From Nocardioides sp. (GTDB taxonomy: Bacteria; Actinomycetota; Actinomycetes; Propionibacteriales; Nocardioidaceae): a stretch of DNA of 64,000 nucleotides. A program made the translations under genes and the position numbers. The DNA lies in contig NZ_JASGET010000118.1 of assembly GCF_047606145.1 (NCBI RefSeq), positions 34,713 to 98,712 of the forward strand, written 5' to 3'. Below are positions 37,069-46,578 of the stretch, one piece after another (positions within the stretch are counted from its first letter, which is position 1; each line of letters starts with the position of its first letter). A model generated the notes under the pieces. The model had not been told where the DNA came from and ran no database searches. It was given only the letters and a program-made list of their open reading frames with translations.

Positions 37069-38828
37069 ACCCGCGCGGACGCGGCGTCGACGACGAGCTG
37101 GTCAACCTCGGGCTGATCCTGGTCGGCGCAGCAGCAGCCGTCGCCGCCGTCCTGTGGCTGGGCGGCACGGTCGCCGCTGTAGTCACCGGCAACCCCATGC
37201 CAACCGGCGGGATCGCCGCAGGGCTTGGCGTCCTGACCCACGCAGGCGCACCGGGCGAGGCGTTCGGCGCCCCCGGACTATCGCCGTGGATCTACTGGCC
37301 GACCGTTGCCGCGCTGCTGGCGTGTGTGGGGGCTATCGCCTTCGGCTGCTGGCGATTGGTCTCGGGGGCGCGTCACAAGTCATCGCGTGACCCGCACCGT
37401 CTCGCGGGCGTCGCCACGGGCCGCGATGTAGCGGCTACGGCCTCAGAGAAGGCTCTGCTCAAACGCGCCCACACGCTGCGCCCCTCCCTGGCGAAGCCGA
37501 CAGCTCCCGACGTCGGCTACCTGCTGGGACGCGCTCGCGGCAGGGGCGTCTGGGCATCGGTGGAGGACTCGATCCTGCTGCTGGGGCCACCGCGCTCTGG
37601 GAAGGGCCTGCATGTTGTCATCAACGCGATCCTCGACGCACCCGGCGCGGTGGTGACGACCGCAACTCGACCGGACAACATCGCCGCCACCATCACCGCC
37701 CGCAGTGACCGGGGTCCGGTTGCAGTGTTCGACCCGCAGCGGCTCGCCGACGGCCTCCCCGCCGGGCTGCGCTGGTCCCCGGTACGGGGATGCCAAGACC
37801 CGTTGACGGCGATGATCCGGGCCACTGGACTGGCCTCGGCGACCGGGCTGTCGACGGGCGGGGTGGAGTCCGGTGGGTTCTGGGAGGGCAAGACCCGAAC
37901 CGCGCTCCAAGCTCTGCTCCACGCTGCCGCGTTGGACCAGCGCAGCCCTCGGGAGCTGTTCGGGTGGATCCTCTCACCATCGGCGGCGGCCGACGCCGTC
38001 GCGGTGCTGTCAAGCCACCCGGACGCGGCACCCGGATGGGCGGACTCGCTGGAGTCGATGATCCATGCAGACCCCCGCACGCGCGATTCGATCTGGATGG
38101 GTGTCTCGCTCGCTCTGTCGTGTCTGGCTGACCCGCGTGTTCTCGATGCGGTGACACCCGCACCGGGTGAGGACTTCGACCCAACGAAGTTCCTGACCTC
38201 CAACGGGACGCTCTACCTCCTCGCGACCGGAGCCGGGGCTGGCGCGTCGTGGTCGCTGGTGGCCGCGTTCATCGAAGACCTGGTGGAAACCGCACGGCAC
38301 CTGGCCGCCGGTTCACCCGGAGCCCGCCTCGACCCCCCGCTACTGCTGGCACTCGACGAGATCGGCAACCTCTCACCGCTGCCATCCCTGCCCACCTTGA
38401 TGGCCGAGGGCGGCGGCACCGGGATCACCACCATGCCAGTCCTCCAGTCCCTGTCCCAGGCCCGCGACAAGTGGGGCGACCACGCGGCCGGAGCAATCTG
38501 GGACGCGAGCATCGTCAAGGTCATCCTCGGCGGCACCGCCGCCGCACGCGACCTGCAAGACCTCTCCGCCCTCATCGGGGAACGAGACGAGCACACCGAC
38601 ACCATCTCGGTGGGCGACTACGGCTCCCGCTCCCTGCAACGCTCCACCCGCCGGGTCCCCGTGATGCCACCGGAAGTCATCAGGACCCTCCCGTTCGGCA
38701 CCGCCCTGGTGCTCCTGCGCAGTGCGCCTCCCTTGGTCACCGACCTGCGTCGATGGACCGATCGCCCTGACGCCGCCGCCATCCGCGATGAGCGCCGACT
38801 CGTCGAAGAGCAACTCCGCTGCCGCTGA
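37065..38828 (+). CDS. type IV coupling protein (TraG/VirD4/TraD-like)
   Basis: It has N-terminal TM segments, Walker A LLLGPPRSGKG and Walker B LLLALDEIGNL. Confidence 0.9.
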   Translation: MNPRGRGVDDELVNLGLILVGAAAAVAAVLWLGGTVAAVVTGNPMPTGGIAAGLGVLTHAGAPGEAFGAPGLSPWIYWPTVAALLACVGAIAFGCWRLVSGARHKSSRDPHRLAGVATGRDVAATASEKALLKRAHTLRPSLAKPTAPDVGYLLGRARGRGVWASVEDSILLLGPPRSGKGLHVVINAILDAPGAVVTTATRPDNIAATITARSDRGPVAVFDPQRLADGLPAGLRWSPVRGCQDPLTAMIRATGLASATGLSTGGVESGGFWEGKTRTALQALLHAAALDQRSPRELFGWILSPSAAADAVAVLSSHPDAAPGWADSLESMIHADPRTRDSIWMGVSLALSCLADPRVLDAVTPAPGEDFDPTKFLTSNGTLYLLATGAGAGASWSLVAAFIEDLVETARHLAAGSPGARLDPPLLLALDEIGNLSPLPSLPTLMAEGGGTGITTMPVLQSLSQARDKWGDHAAGAIWDASIVKVILGGTAAARDLQDLSALIGERDEHTDTISVGDYGSRSLQRSTRRVPVMPPEVIRTLPFGTALVLLRSAPPLVTDLRRWTDRPDAAAIRDERRLVEEQLRCR

Positions 38829-38861
38829 GAGCGAAGGCGCAGACATGACAGGACCGACAGC

Positions 38862-39281
38862 ATGGTGATCCCGACCGCAGCGAGCCTCCACGGTGTGGTG
38901 ATTGACGATCCACGCCTCACCGTCATCGGCAAGGGCCCTGCCCGCTTCTTCGCCCGTATCGAGGTGCGACACGAAGCACCGCCCGACTCGTGGGGCGGAT
39001 CGCCGAAAACGACCCAGCACGATCTGGTGATGTACGGCGACCGCGCGGCCCGCGCCTACGAAGTCATCCGGGCTGGCGACGCGATCGTGGCCTCTGGCTA
39101 CGTCGATGAGTACGAGTACGACGGACACGGCATGGTCGAGGAGTTCGTCGCCGAGCAGATCGGTCACGACTCGGGCCGGACGAGGTACTCCGTCGAGCGC
39201 CGGGGTGTGAGGCGCCCGCAGTCTCCTCCTGCGACCCGGACCGCCCAAGCGCTACCGCCCGACCCCCGCCTCGGTCTCTGA
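38862..39281 (+). CDS. single-stranded DNA-binding (OB-fold) protein, paralog 1
   Basis: It has an SSB-like layout (LHGVVIDDPRL...HDLVMYGDRAARAYEVIRAGDAIVASGYV). There is no acidic C-terminal tip. Confidence 0.7.
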   Translation: MVIPTAASLHGVVIDDPRLTVIGKGPARFFARIEVRHEAPPDSWGGSPKTTQHDLVMYGDRAARAYEVIRAGDAIVASGYVDEYEYDGHGMVEEFVAEQIGHDSGRTRYSVERRGVRRPQSPPATRTAQALPPDPRLGL

Positions 39282-39367
39282 ACGATGCTGCCTTGGGGGC
39301 TTGCGCGCACCTGACCGGCGAGAGCCGGCGCCCACTCGGGGCGTTGCACGTCTAGCAGGAGCACCCA

Positions 39368-39808
39368 ATGTCAATCCCCACCCAAATGAGCATGACCGGG
39401 TTCGTTGCTTCCGATCCCCAGCTCACCCGCACACGCGACAACGTGGCGCGCTGCTACATGCGCGTCGGGGTCGAGCACGCGCGCAAGGAGACCGACGGGA
39501 CCTTCACTCCGCTGGAGCCCAGCTACCACGATCTCGTGATCTACGGCGCCAGCGCCGAGCGAGCCAACAGCCGATTCCACAAGGGCGACAGCTTCGTCGC
39601 CTCGGGCTACACCCACGAGTACGAGGTCGAGCGCGATGGCGAATACGTCCCGCGGGAGGAGTTCGTGGCGCGTCGGATCGGCCACGACCTCGCCCGCACC
39701 CGCTACGCCGTTGACCGGTCCCCGACGCACCAAGGCCCCGCGCGTCAAGCCGAGATCAACGGGCCGCGGTCGAGCGCGCAGCCCGCAAGCCAGGCCATCG
39801 GCCTGTGA
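39368..39808 (+). CDS. single-stranded DNA-binding (OB-fold) protein, paralog 2
   Basis: The layout MTGFVASDPQLT...HDLVIYGASAERANSRFHKGDSFVASGYT matches the preceding ORF. Confidence 0.7.
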   Translation: MSIPTQMSMTGFVASDPQLTRTRDNVARCYMRVGVEHARKETDGTFTPLEPSYHDLVIYGASAERANSRFHKGDSFVASGYTHEYEVERDGEYVPREEFVARRIGHDLARTRYAVDRSPTHQGPARQAEINGPRSSAQPASQAIGL

Positions 39809-40422
39809 GACCAGACGACACCCCGACGACGACCTCGATGGGTACCACCGATCACTTCCCCGACCCGCACCTGGACGAGCCGGACTACTACGGCAGCTCT
39901 GAGGAGCAGCAGGTACGGCCGGTCAACTGGAACCTCCTTACCGCCGACGAGGCGAGAGCCGAGTGGCTGGACCTCGACAAATGGGTCAACTGGCTGCGTC
40001 GTACCTACGGCCTGCCACCGGCGGTGCTGCCGCCGTTCTGGCACCGCCATGACGAGCTGATCTGGGAACTCTCTGCGCTCCACCTGCACTGGCTGGCCTG
40101 CTACGACCCCGACGCGTCGGGTTCGGCGCCGCTGGCGTGGCATCACGACTTCGCCGAGGCCCGCAACCGGCTGCGCGAATGGGTCTCCACCGCGGGAACG
40201 CGGCTCGACCATGACCGCCCGACCCGGCAGACGATCTGGCCCGGTGAGCCGCTGCCCCCAGCCTCGCTCGAGCGGGTGATCGAGAACAGGGACGAGGACT
40301 TCGTTCAGTTCGTCAATGAGGACCTCACCGCACGGCGTCGCGTCGAGCAGCGGGTCGACGCCTTCGTCCAGCAGCAGGCACAGACCGCTGGGAGCAGCGG
40401 GTCTCGGGACGGCGGCAGGTAG
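39805..40422 (+). CDS. hypothetical protein (DUF4913-like)
   Basis: GTG 39805 overlaps the upstream stop. The block WLDLDKWVNWLRRTYGLP...FWHRH resembles a family common in actinobacterial conjugative elements (from memory). Confidence 0.65.
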   Translation: MRPDDTPTTTSMGTTDHFPDPHLDEPDYYGSSEEQQVRPVNWNLLTADEARAEWLDLDKWVNWLRRTYGLPPAVLPPFWHRHDELIWELSALHLHWLACYDPDASGSAPLAWHHDFAEARNRLREWVSTAGTRLDHDRPTRQTIWPGEPLPPASLERVIENRDEDFVQFVNEDLTARRRVEQRVDAFVQQQAQTAGSSGSRDGGR

Positions 40423-40529
40423 GGAGTGAGTGATGGCTCGTGGACGCTCACGGCACGAGGTCGAGGGCCAGCTGACCCTCGACCTGTGGGGCGAGGAGCC
40501 GGCCCAATACGGGCCGGCACAGGAGGTGG

Positions 40530-41060
40530 ATGGCGATGAACCGGTACGCGCGACTGGCGATGACGCACTGGCAACGCTGGGCACCGAGCCGGGTGCGGGC
40601 GTTGAAGGACCCGGAGGCGTTCTTCACAAACCTGGGCGAGCAGGTGCAGGCGCAGGTGAGCGATCTGGCGCGCCTGTTGGCTGGGCCGGACCCGGAGAGG
40701 GAGACTTACAAACAGAAGGTCGCCCGGCTCCAGGCGGCGACCCGGACAGCGGAGGAGGTCGTGATGGCGCAACTGGTGTGGACACCGGCACCGGAGTTGA
40801 CCTTGGCCGAGGCCCGGGAGGAATGGGAGCAGACCCGTCCCTCCGACGAGGCCCTGATCTCCTGGGCGGAGCGGATTCAAGACTGCCCGGACCTGATGCC
40901 CTCGGCAGCGGAGCTGGAGGACAAGGCGAAGACCTGGGCGGTGACACCGGAGTTCTTGACCTCTTTGGCGGCGGCACCGATTCCCCGGAGCTTCCTCGCC
41001 GAGAACCAGGCGACGATGGCCGAGGCAGCCACGCTCCGGTTCCTCCGCGACGTCCGCTAG
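40530..41060 (+). CDS. hypothetical protein (TnpV-like architecture, weak)
   Basis: AGGAGG at 40521-40526 precedes the ATG. I counted GC3 by hand as 154/176 (87.5%). This frame, not the overlapping 40430 frame, carries the coding signal. Confidence 0.8.
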   Translation: MAMNRYARLAMTHWQRWAPSRVRALKDPEAFFTNLGEQVQAQVSDLARLLAGPDPERETYKQKVARLQAATRTAEEVVMAQLVWTPAPELTLAEAREEWEQTRPSDEALISWAERIQDCPDLMPSAAELEDKAKTWAVTPEFLTSLAAAPIPRSFLAENQATMAEAATLRFLRDVR

Positions 41061-44000
41061 ACCCGGCACCTGCACCGAGTTTCGTCCCGGCCAGTCAGGA
41101 CGACCTCGCCCCGTCGGGCGCGAAGGCCCGCTACGCCGCGAACATCGAGGCCATCCGCGTCCTACGGACCCTGACCGACGAGCAGCGCCCAGCAACAGCC
41201 GAGGAACAGCAGACTCTTGCCCGCTGGTCGAGTTGGGGTGCCGTGGCCGACGTGTTCGACACCAGCAAGGAGAACTGGACCGCCGAACACCACGAGTTGC
41301 GTGGCCTGCTCACCGACGAGGAGTGGTCGGCGGCTGAGCGCACCACCCTGAACGCGCACTACACCGACCCGCTGGTGGTACGCCAGATGTGGCGGGCACT
41401 CGGCTCGCTCGGCTTCACCGCCGGCACCGTGCTGGAGCCCGGCAGCGGCGCAGGCACCTTCATCGGCATGGCACCGACCGGAGCCCGGATGACCGGGGTC
41501 GAGCTCGACCCGCTGACCGCGGCGATCAGCCGGGCGCTGTACCCGCACGCCCAGGTGCGCACCGAGTCGTTCGCCGACACCCGCATCCGCACCGGCACGT
41601 TCGATGCCGCGATCGGCAACGTCCCGTTCTCGGACGTGAAGCTCCACGACCCGATTCACAACCCGGGCCACGGTGCCGGACGGCACTCCATGCACAACCA
41701 CTTCATCATCAAGTCCCTCGCCCTGACCCGACCCGGTGGCTTGGTCGCGGTGCTGACGAGCCACTACACGATGGACTCCCAGAACCCCGGAGCCCGCCGG
41801 GCGATGGCTGAGATGGCCGACCTACTTGGCGCGGTCAGGCTGCCGAACGGCGCATTCCAGCGTGCCGCTGGGACAACGGTGCTGACCGACCTGCTGCTGT
41901 TCCGCCGCCGTCTGCCCGGCGAACCCGTGCGGTCACCGGAGTGGGAGAAGGTAGTCCAGGTTCAGATCGGGAACGACGAGATCAAGATCAACACCTACTT
42001 CGACGCCCATCCCGACCACATGCTCGGCGAAGTGAGCACAGGGACCGGCACCTACGGCGTCCCGATGCTGCGTGTCACCGGGAACCTCGACGGCCTGGAG
42101 GACGACCTCACCCAGGCCCTCGACGAGATCATGTTCACGGCCCGCCGCAACGACCTGACCATGACCGCACCCGACCCCGCAGCCGGGGCGAGGGGGCGGG
42201 GGCATCCGGTGACCGGCGGGGTCGCGGCCGAAGACCTGTGGGCGGGCAGCCTCGTCGGTCAACCCGACGGCACCTTCGCCACCGTCGCTGATGGGTTGTT
42301 GGAGCCGGTCAAGGTGCCCAAGAACGCCGCCAGCGAGCTGCGTGCCCTGCTGGAGCTGCGTGACCAAGCCTCCCACCTGCTGACGCTGGAAGGCGCGTCC
42401 GCTGAGGACACCGAGGAGATCACCGCCGCGCGAGCAACGCTGAGTCGCGACTACCGCAAGTACGTGGGCCGGTGGGGACCCATCAACCGGTTCACCCTGC
42501 GGCCGACTGGGCGGATGGACGAGAACGGCGAGGACACCTACGCCCGCATCGTGCCCCCGGCGATCCGGCTGCTGCGGACCGACCCGTTCGGTGCGCTGGT
42601 GCTCGCACTGGAGCAGTTCGACGACGTGGAGCAGGTCGCCACCCCCGCCGCGATCATGAGTCGCCGCGTCGTCGCACCGCGTCCCGAGGTCCAAGGGGTC
42701 GACACCCCAGCCGATGCCATAGCGGTCAGCCTCGACAAGACCGGTGGCGTCGACCTGCCGATGATCTCCGACCTTCTCGGACTCGGTGGGGACGACGCCC
42801 GTGAGGCACTGGCCGGGCTGGTCTTCACCGACCCCGACACCAAGACGCTCGTCCACGCACCGGAGTACCTGTCGGGTGACGTGCGGACCAAGCTCGACCA
42901 AGCCCGTCTCGTGACAAAGGAAGAGCCGGAGTTCGAGGTCAACGTGCGGGCGCTTGAGGCGGTGATGCCACCGACCCTGGGTGCCGACGAGATCACGGCG
43001 AAACTCGGCGCGGTGTGGATCAGCGCCGAGGTCCACCAGGCGTTCCTCAACGAGCTGCTCCGCGTCGAGGACGTGAAGGTCGAGAACCCGCTGCCGGGCA
43101 TGTGGGAGGTCCGGGGCGGACGCGGTGGCCTGCTGTCGACGAGCGAATGGGGCACCGTCCGGCGTCCCGCGCCTGACATCGCCCAAGCGGTCATGGAACA
43201 GCGGGCTGTACTGGTTCATGACGAATTCGAGGACGCCGACGGCCGCAAGCGCCGCGTTCTCAACCCGGTCGAGACGACCGCCGCTCAGGAGAAGGCCGAC
43301 GCTCTCTCGGAGCGGTTCGCCGAGTGGGTGTGGGAGGAACCCGAACGCGCACGCGGACTGGTCGAGGAATACAACCGGCGCTTCAACTCCATCGTGCTGC
43401 GCGACTACACCGATGCAGGGAACTACCTGACCCTGCCCGGCGTGGCCGAGGGGTTCACGCCGCGTCAGCACCAGCGGGCAGCGGTAGCTCGGATGATTGC
43501 GGAGCCCTCGGCTGGCTTGTTTCACGAGGTCGGTGCTGGCAAGACCGCCGAGATGATCATCGGGGTCTCGGAGATGCGGCGCATGGGGCTGGTGAACAAG
43601 CCGGTCATCGTGGTCCCGAATCACATGCTGGAGCAGTTCTCCAGGGAGTGGTTACAGATCTACCCGCAAGCCCGCGTGCTGGCCGCGTCGTCTTCGGATG
43701 TGTCAGCGGAGAAGCGCCGCGAGTTCGTCGCCAAAGCGGCAGCGAACGATTGGGACGGGATCATCTTGACCCAGACGGCGTTCGCCAAGATCCCTCTGCG
43801 TCAGGCGACCCAGGACGACTACGTGCGTGCCCAGGTCGACCAGCTCCGGGCAGTGTTGGACAACGCCGAGGCCGGGCAGGCGATGACGGTCAAGCGCATC
43901 CAGCGCAAGCTGCTCCAGACGGAGAGCAAACTCGAGGAACGCATCGACACCAGCCGTGACGAGGGCGTGTGCTTCGAGGACACCGGCATCGACTACCTCT

Positions 44001-46126
44001 GCGTCGACGAGCTGCACCTCTACAAGAACCTCGCCACTGACTCCAACATCCGCGACGCCGCCATCGACGGCTCGGCCCGCGCCGCCGACCTGCACATGAA
44101 GCTGGAGCACCTGCGCGCCTCCGGCCGCTCCCGGGTGGTCACCGGCGCGACCGCGACCCCGATCGCCAACAGCGTGACCGAGGCGTTCGTGATGCAGCGC
44201 TACCTGCGCCCCGACCTCCTCGACGCCGCCGGCATCGGCTCCTTCGATGCCTGGGCGGCGACCTTCGGGCAGACGGTCACCCAGATGGAGATGTCTCCCA
44301 CCGGCGCGTTCCGGCTCAAGACGAGGTTCGCGAAGTTCCAGAACGTCCCCGAGATGCTGCGGATGTGGTCGGTGTTCGCCGACGTGAAGACCGCCGCCGA
44401 CCTCGACCTTCCCATCCCGGCCCTCGCTGAGCGCGACGACGGCCAGCGAGCTGCTGCGACAGTCCCGGTCGAGCCGACCGTCGAACTCGAACGGTTCGTG
44501 GAACAGCTCGGCGAACGGGCCGAGGCCGTGGCGAACAAGGCGGTCCGGCCCGAGGAAGACAACATGCTCACCATCTCCACCGACGGCCGCAAAGCCGCCC
44601 TCGACATCCGCATGGTGCTGCCCGACCGGCCCTCCGGTCCCACCAAGGTCGACGTCGCTGCCGACGCCATCACCGCCGTGTGGGAACGAACCCGGGACAA
44701 CGAATACCTCGACCCGCTCACCGGCCAGCCCTCACCGATCAAGGGCGCGCTCCAGTTGGTGTTCTGCGACATCGGCACGCCCAACCCCGACAGGTGGAAC
44801 GCCTACGACGAACTCGCGCTGCAACTCAACGAGCGCGGTGTTCCCGGTGATCGCATCCGTTTCATGCACGAGGCCAGCAACGACGCAGAGAAGGCCCGCC
44901 TGTTCGCCCAAGCCAGAGCCGGGCACATCTCAGTTCTCATCGGCTCGACCGAGAAGATGGGCGTGGGGACCAACGTCCAAGCCCGCGCGGTCGCGCTGTG
45001 GCACATGGACTGCCCTTGGCGACCAGCCGACCTCGCCCAAAGGGACGGCCGCATCCTGCGGCAAGGCAACCAGAACGAGGAGATCGCGATCGTCCGGTTC
45101 GTCACCGAACGGTCCTTCGATGCCTTCATGTGGCAGACCATCGAACGCAAGGCCACCTTCATCGCCCAGGTCATGCGCGGCCGGCTCGACTCCCGCGAGA
45201 TCGACGAGATCGACCCCGGTGCCCTCTCGGCCGCCGAAGCCAAGGCCCTCAGCTCTGGCAACCCGCTGCTGCTGGAGCACTCCACCCTGACCAGCAAGGT
45301 CGCCGAGCTCCGTCGGCTGCAACGAGCCCACGAACGCAACCAGAACATGCTCGCCCACACCGAGCGCCGTGCCGACGAGGAGATTGCCCGGTTCACCGAG
45401 CACATCTCCGCCCTCGAAGCAGCCGTGCCGTTGGTCACCGACACCAGCGGGGACCGCTTCCGCATCACACTCGACGGCCGCCATTACACCTCCCGCGCCG
45501 ACGCCGCCGGGGCGCTTGAACGCTGGATACAGGCCAACCGGCTTCAGTGGATGCCCACCTACCGCGGCCAGGAGTACGGCGTCATCGGCAACATCAGCGG
45601 CTTCGACATCGAAGTCAAGACCAGCCCCGGCATGGGCATCCTCAACGTCACCACCAGCCTCGTCGGTGTCCCTCGCTCCTCCTTCACCCTCACCCAGCGC
45701 GAGTTCCTCGCTGGTGGAGTGGGCCTCGTTCAGCGCATCGAGAACCGCGTCTCGGCCATCCCGACGCTGCTCACCCACGTCCATGAAGACCTGGACAAGG
45801 CCGAGCGGTCCAAGACAGAGGCGGCCCAACGCATCGGCCAGCCCTTCAAGCACAGCCAGGCCCTCGACCAGGCAGAGAAGCAGCTCGCCACCCGTCGAGA
45901 CCGCGTTGGCTGCGATGCAGGACGAGAACCGCGAGAGACCCGCTGCACCCACGTTCGTCTCGTCGCACGTACCGGCCCCGGTCACGGTACAGACACTCCG
46001 GGATCACGTCTCGGCGACCAAGCGCGTGGTTCCCCCGTCCGTCCCCGAGACCGACAGCAACCGACCTCCGGGCCACTCGCACGATGGGCCGGACTACGGA
46101 CCTGGCCTATGACGCGGAGCGCCTAG
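41060..46126 (+). CDS. large N6-adenine DNA methyltransferase + SNF2/DEAD-like helicase fusion (start and C-terminus unresolved; possible frameshifts)
   Basis: MTase motifs are VLEPGSGAGTFIG and GNVPFS. Helicase motifs are HEVGAGKT, CVDELHLYKN and QRDGRILRQGN. There is no canonical in-frame start between 41060 and GTG 41243, although coding signal begins by about 41080. After about 45893 the coding signal moves to the +1 frame, which ends at 46112. Confidence 0.8.
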   Translation, partial: DPAPAPSFVPASQDDLAPSGAKARYAANIEAIRVLRTLTDEQRPATAEEQQTLARWSSWGAVADVFDTSKENWTAEHHELRGLLTDEEWSAAERTTLNAHYTDPLVVRQMWRALGSLGFTAGTVLEPGSGAGTFIGMAPTGARMTGVELDPLTAAISRALYPHAQVRTESFADTRIRTGTFDAAIGNVPFSDVKLHDPIHNPGHGAGRHSMHNHFIIKSLALTRPGGLVAVLTSHYTMDSQNPGARRAMAEMADLLGAVRLPNGAFQRAAGTTVLTDLLLFRRRLPGEPVRSPEWEKVVQVQIGNDEIKINTYFDAHPDHMLGEVSTGTGTYGVPMLRVTGNLDGLEDDLTQALDEIMFTARRNDLTMTAPDPAAGARGRGHPVTGGVAAEDLWAGSLVGQPDGTFATVADGLLEPVKVPKNAASELRALLELRDQASHLLTLEGASAEDTEEITAARATLSRDYRKYVGRWGPINRFTLRPTGRMDENGEDTYARIVPPAIRLLRTDPFGALVLALEQFDDVEQVATPAAIMSRRVVAPRPEVQGVDTPADAIAVSLDKTGGVDLPMISDLLGLGGDDAREALAGLVFTDPDTKTLVHAPEYLSGDVRTKLDQARLVTKEEPEFEVNVRALEAVMPPTLGADEITAKLGAVWISAEVHQAFLNELLRVEDVKVENPLPGMWEVRGGRGGLLSTSEWGTVRRPAPDIAQAVMEQRAVLVHDEFEDADGRKRRVLNPVETTAAQEKADALSERFAEWVWEEPERARGLVEEYNRRFNSIVLRDYTDAGNYLTLPGVAEGFTPRQHQRAAVARMIAEPSAGLFHEVGAGKTAEMIIGVSEMRRMGLVNKPVIVVPNHMLEQFSREWLQIYPQARVLAASSSDVSAEKRREFVAKAAANDWDGIILTQTAFAKIPLRQATQDDYVRAQVDQLRAVLDNAEAGQAMTVKRIQRKLLQTESKLEERIDTSRDEGVCFEDTGIDYLCVDELHLYKNLATDSNIRDAAIDGSARAADLHMKLEHLRASGRSRVVTGATATPIANSVTEAFVMQRYLRPDLLDAAGIGSFDAWAATFGQTVTQMEMSPTGAFRLKTRFAKFQNVPEMLRMWSVFADVKTAADLDLPIPALAERDDGQRAAATVPVEPTVELERFVEQLGERAEAVANKAVRPEEDNMLTISTDGRKAALDIRMVLPDRPSGPTKVDVAADAITAVWERTRDNEYLDPLTGQPSPIKGALQLVFCDIGTPNPDRWNAYDELALQLNERGVPGDRIRFMHEASNDAEKARLFAQARAGHISVLIGSTEKMGVGTNVQARAVALWHMDCPWRPADLAQRDGRILRQGNQNEEIAIVRFVTERSFDAFMWQTIERKATFIAQVMRGRLDSREIDEIDPGALSAAEAKALSSGNPLLLEHSTLTSKVAELRRLQRAHERNQNMLAHTERRADEEIARFTEHISALEAAVPLVTDTSGDRFRITLDGRHYTSRADAAGALERWIQANRLQWMPTYRGQEYGVIGNISGFDIEVKTSPGMGILNVTTSLVGVPRSSFTLTQREFLAGGVGLVQRIENRVSAIPTLLTHVHEDLDKAERSKTEAAQRIGQPFKHSQALDQAEKQLATRRDRVGCDAGREPRETRCTHVRLVARTGPGHGTDTPGSRLGDQARGSPVRPRDRQQPTSGPLARWAGLRTWPMTRSA

Positions 46127-46164
46127 CGCACCTTCCTGGCGACCACAAAGAGAGGAGACCCCCG

Positions 46165-46365
46165 ATGACCGACGGACCCAAGCGATCAGGAGATCGCCCG
46201 AGTCGCAAGCTCACGATCAACGCAGTCCACCGAGACGAGCCGGACCTGCGGCGGATCGCTGAACTGATGGTCCGGCTCGCTCTGGAAGACGCAGGGCGGA
46301 CTCGCGTGAACGTACGAGCGAACGTGTCGCCGTCGACCTTCCGGCCTGCACGGGCGGCGTCCTGA
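46165..46365 (+). CDS. small hypothetical protein upstream of the recombinase
   Basis: AGAGGAG lies 6 nt upstream of ATG 46165. It is 66 aa with moderate GC3. Confidence 0.45.
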   Translation: MTDGPKRSGDRPSRKLTINAVHRDEPDLRRIAELMVRLALEDAGRTRVNVRANVSPSTFRPARAAS

Positions 46366-46578
46366 CGCTCCCTGTCGGCCGGCGAAGGTAGGATGATGTC
46401 GTTAGGAACCAATCCCGCCCCGCGTGGGGCGTCGTGGCCTAAGCGCCTTGTCTCTCGACCAGGCCGAGTGAACCCGACAGATACACAGTCGGTGCCCTAC
46501 AGCCCTCAGTGGCTCTCCTCACGAACGACACCCCCGTTGGTCAACGACCAACCGAGGCATCGTCACACCAGTGAGGAC

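Noticed and set aside
40430-40529. ATG 40433, preceded by AGGGAG, considered as the true start of the MTase-helicase.
   Set aside because: The first roughly 30 codons have fair GC3, but the frame then runs for 530 nt through a gene with far stronger coding signal in another frame. It is treated as unresolved rather than called.
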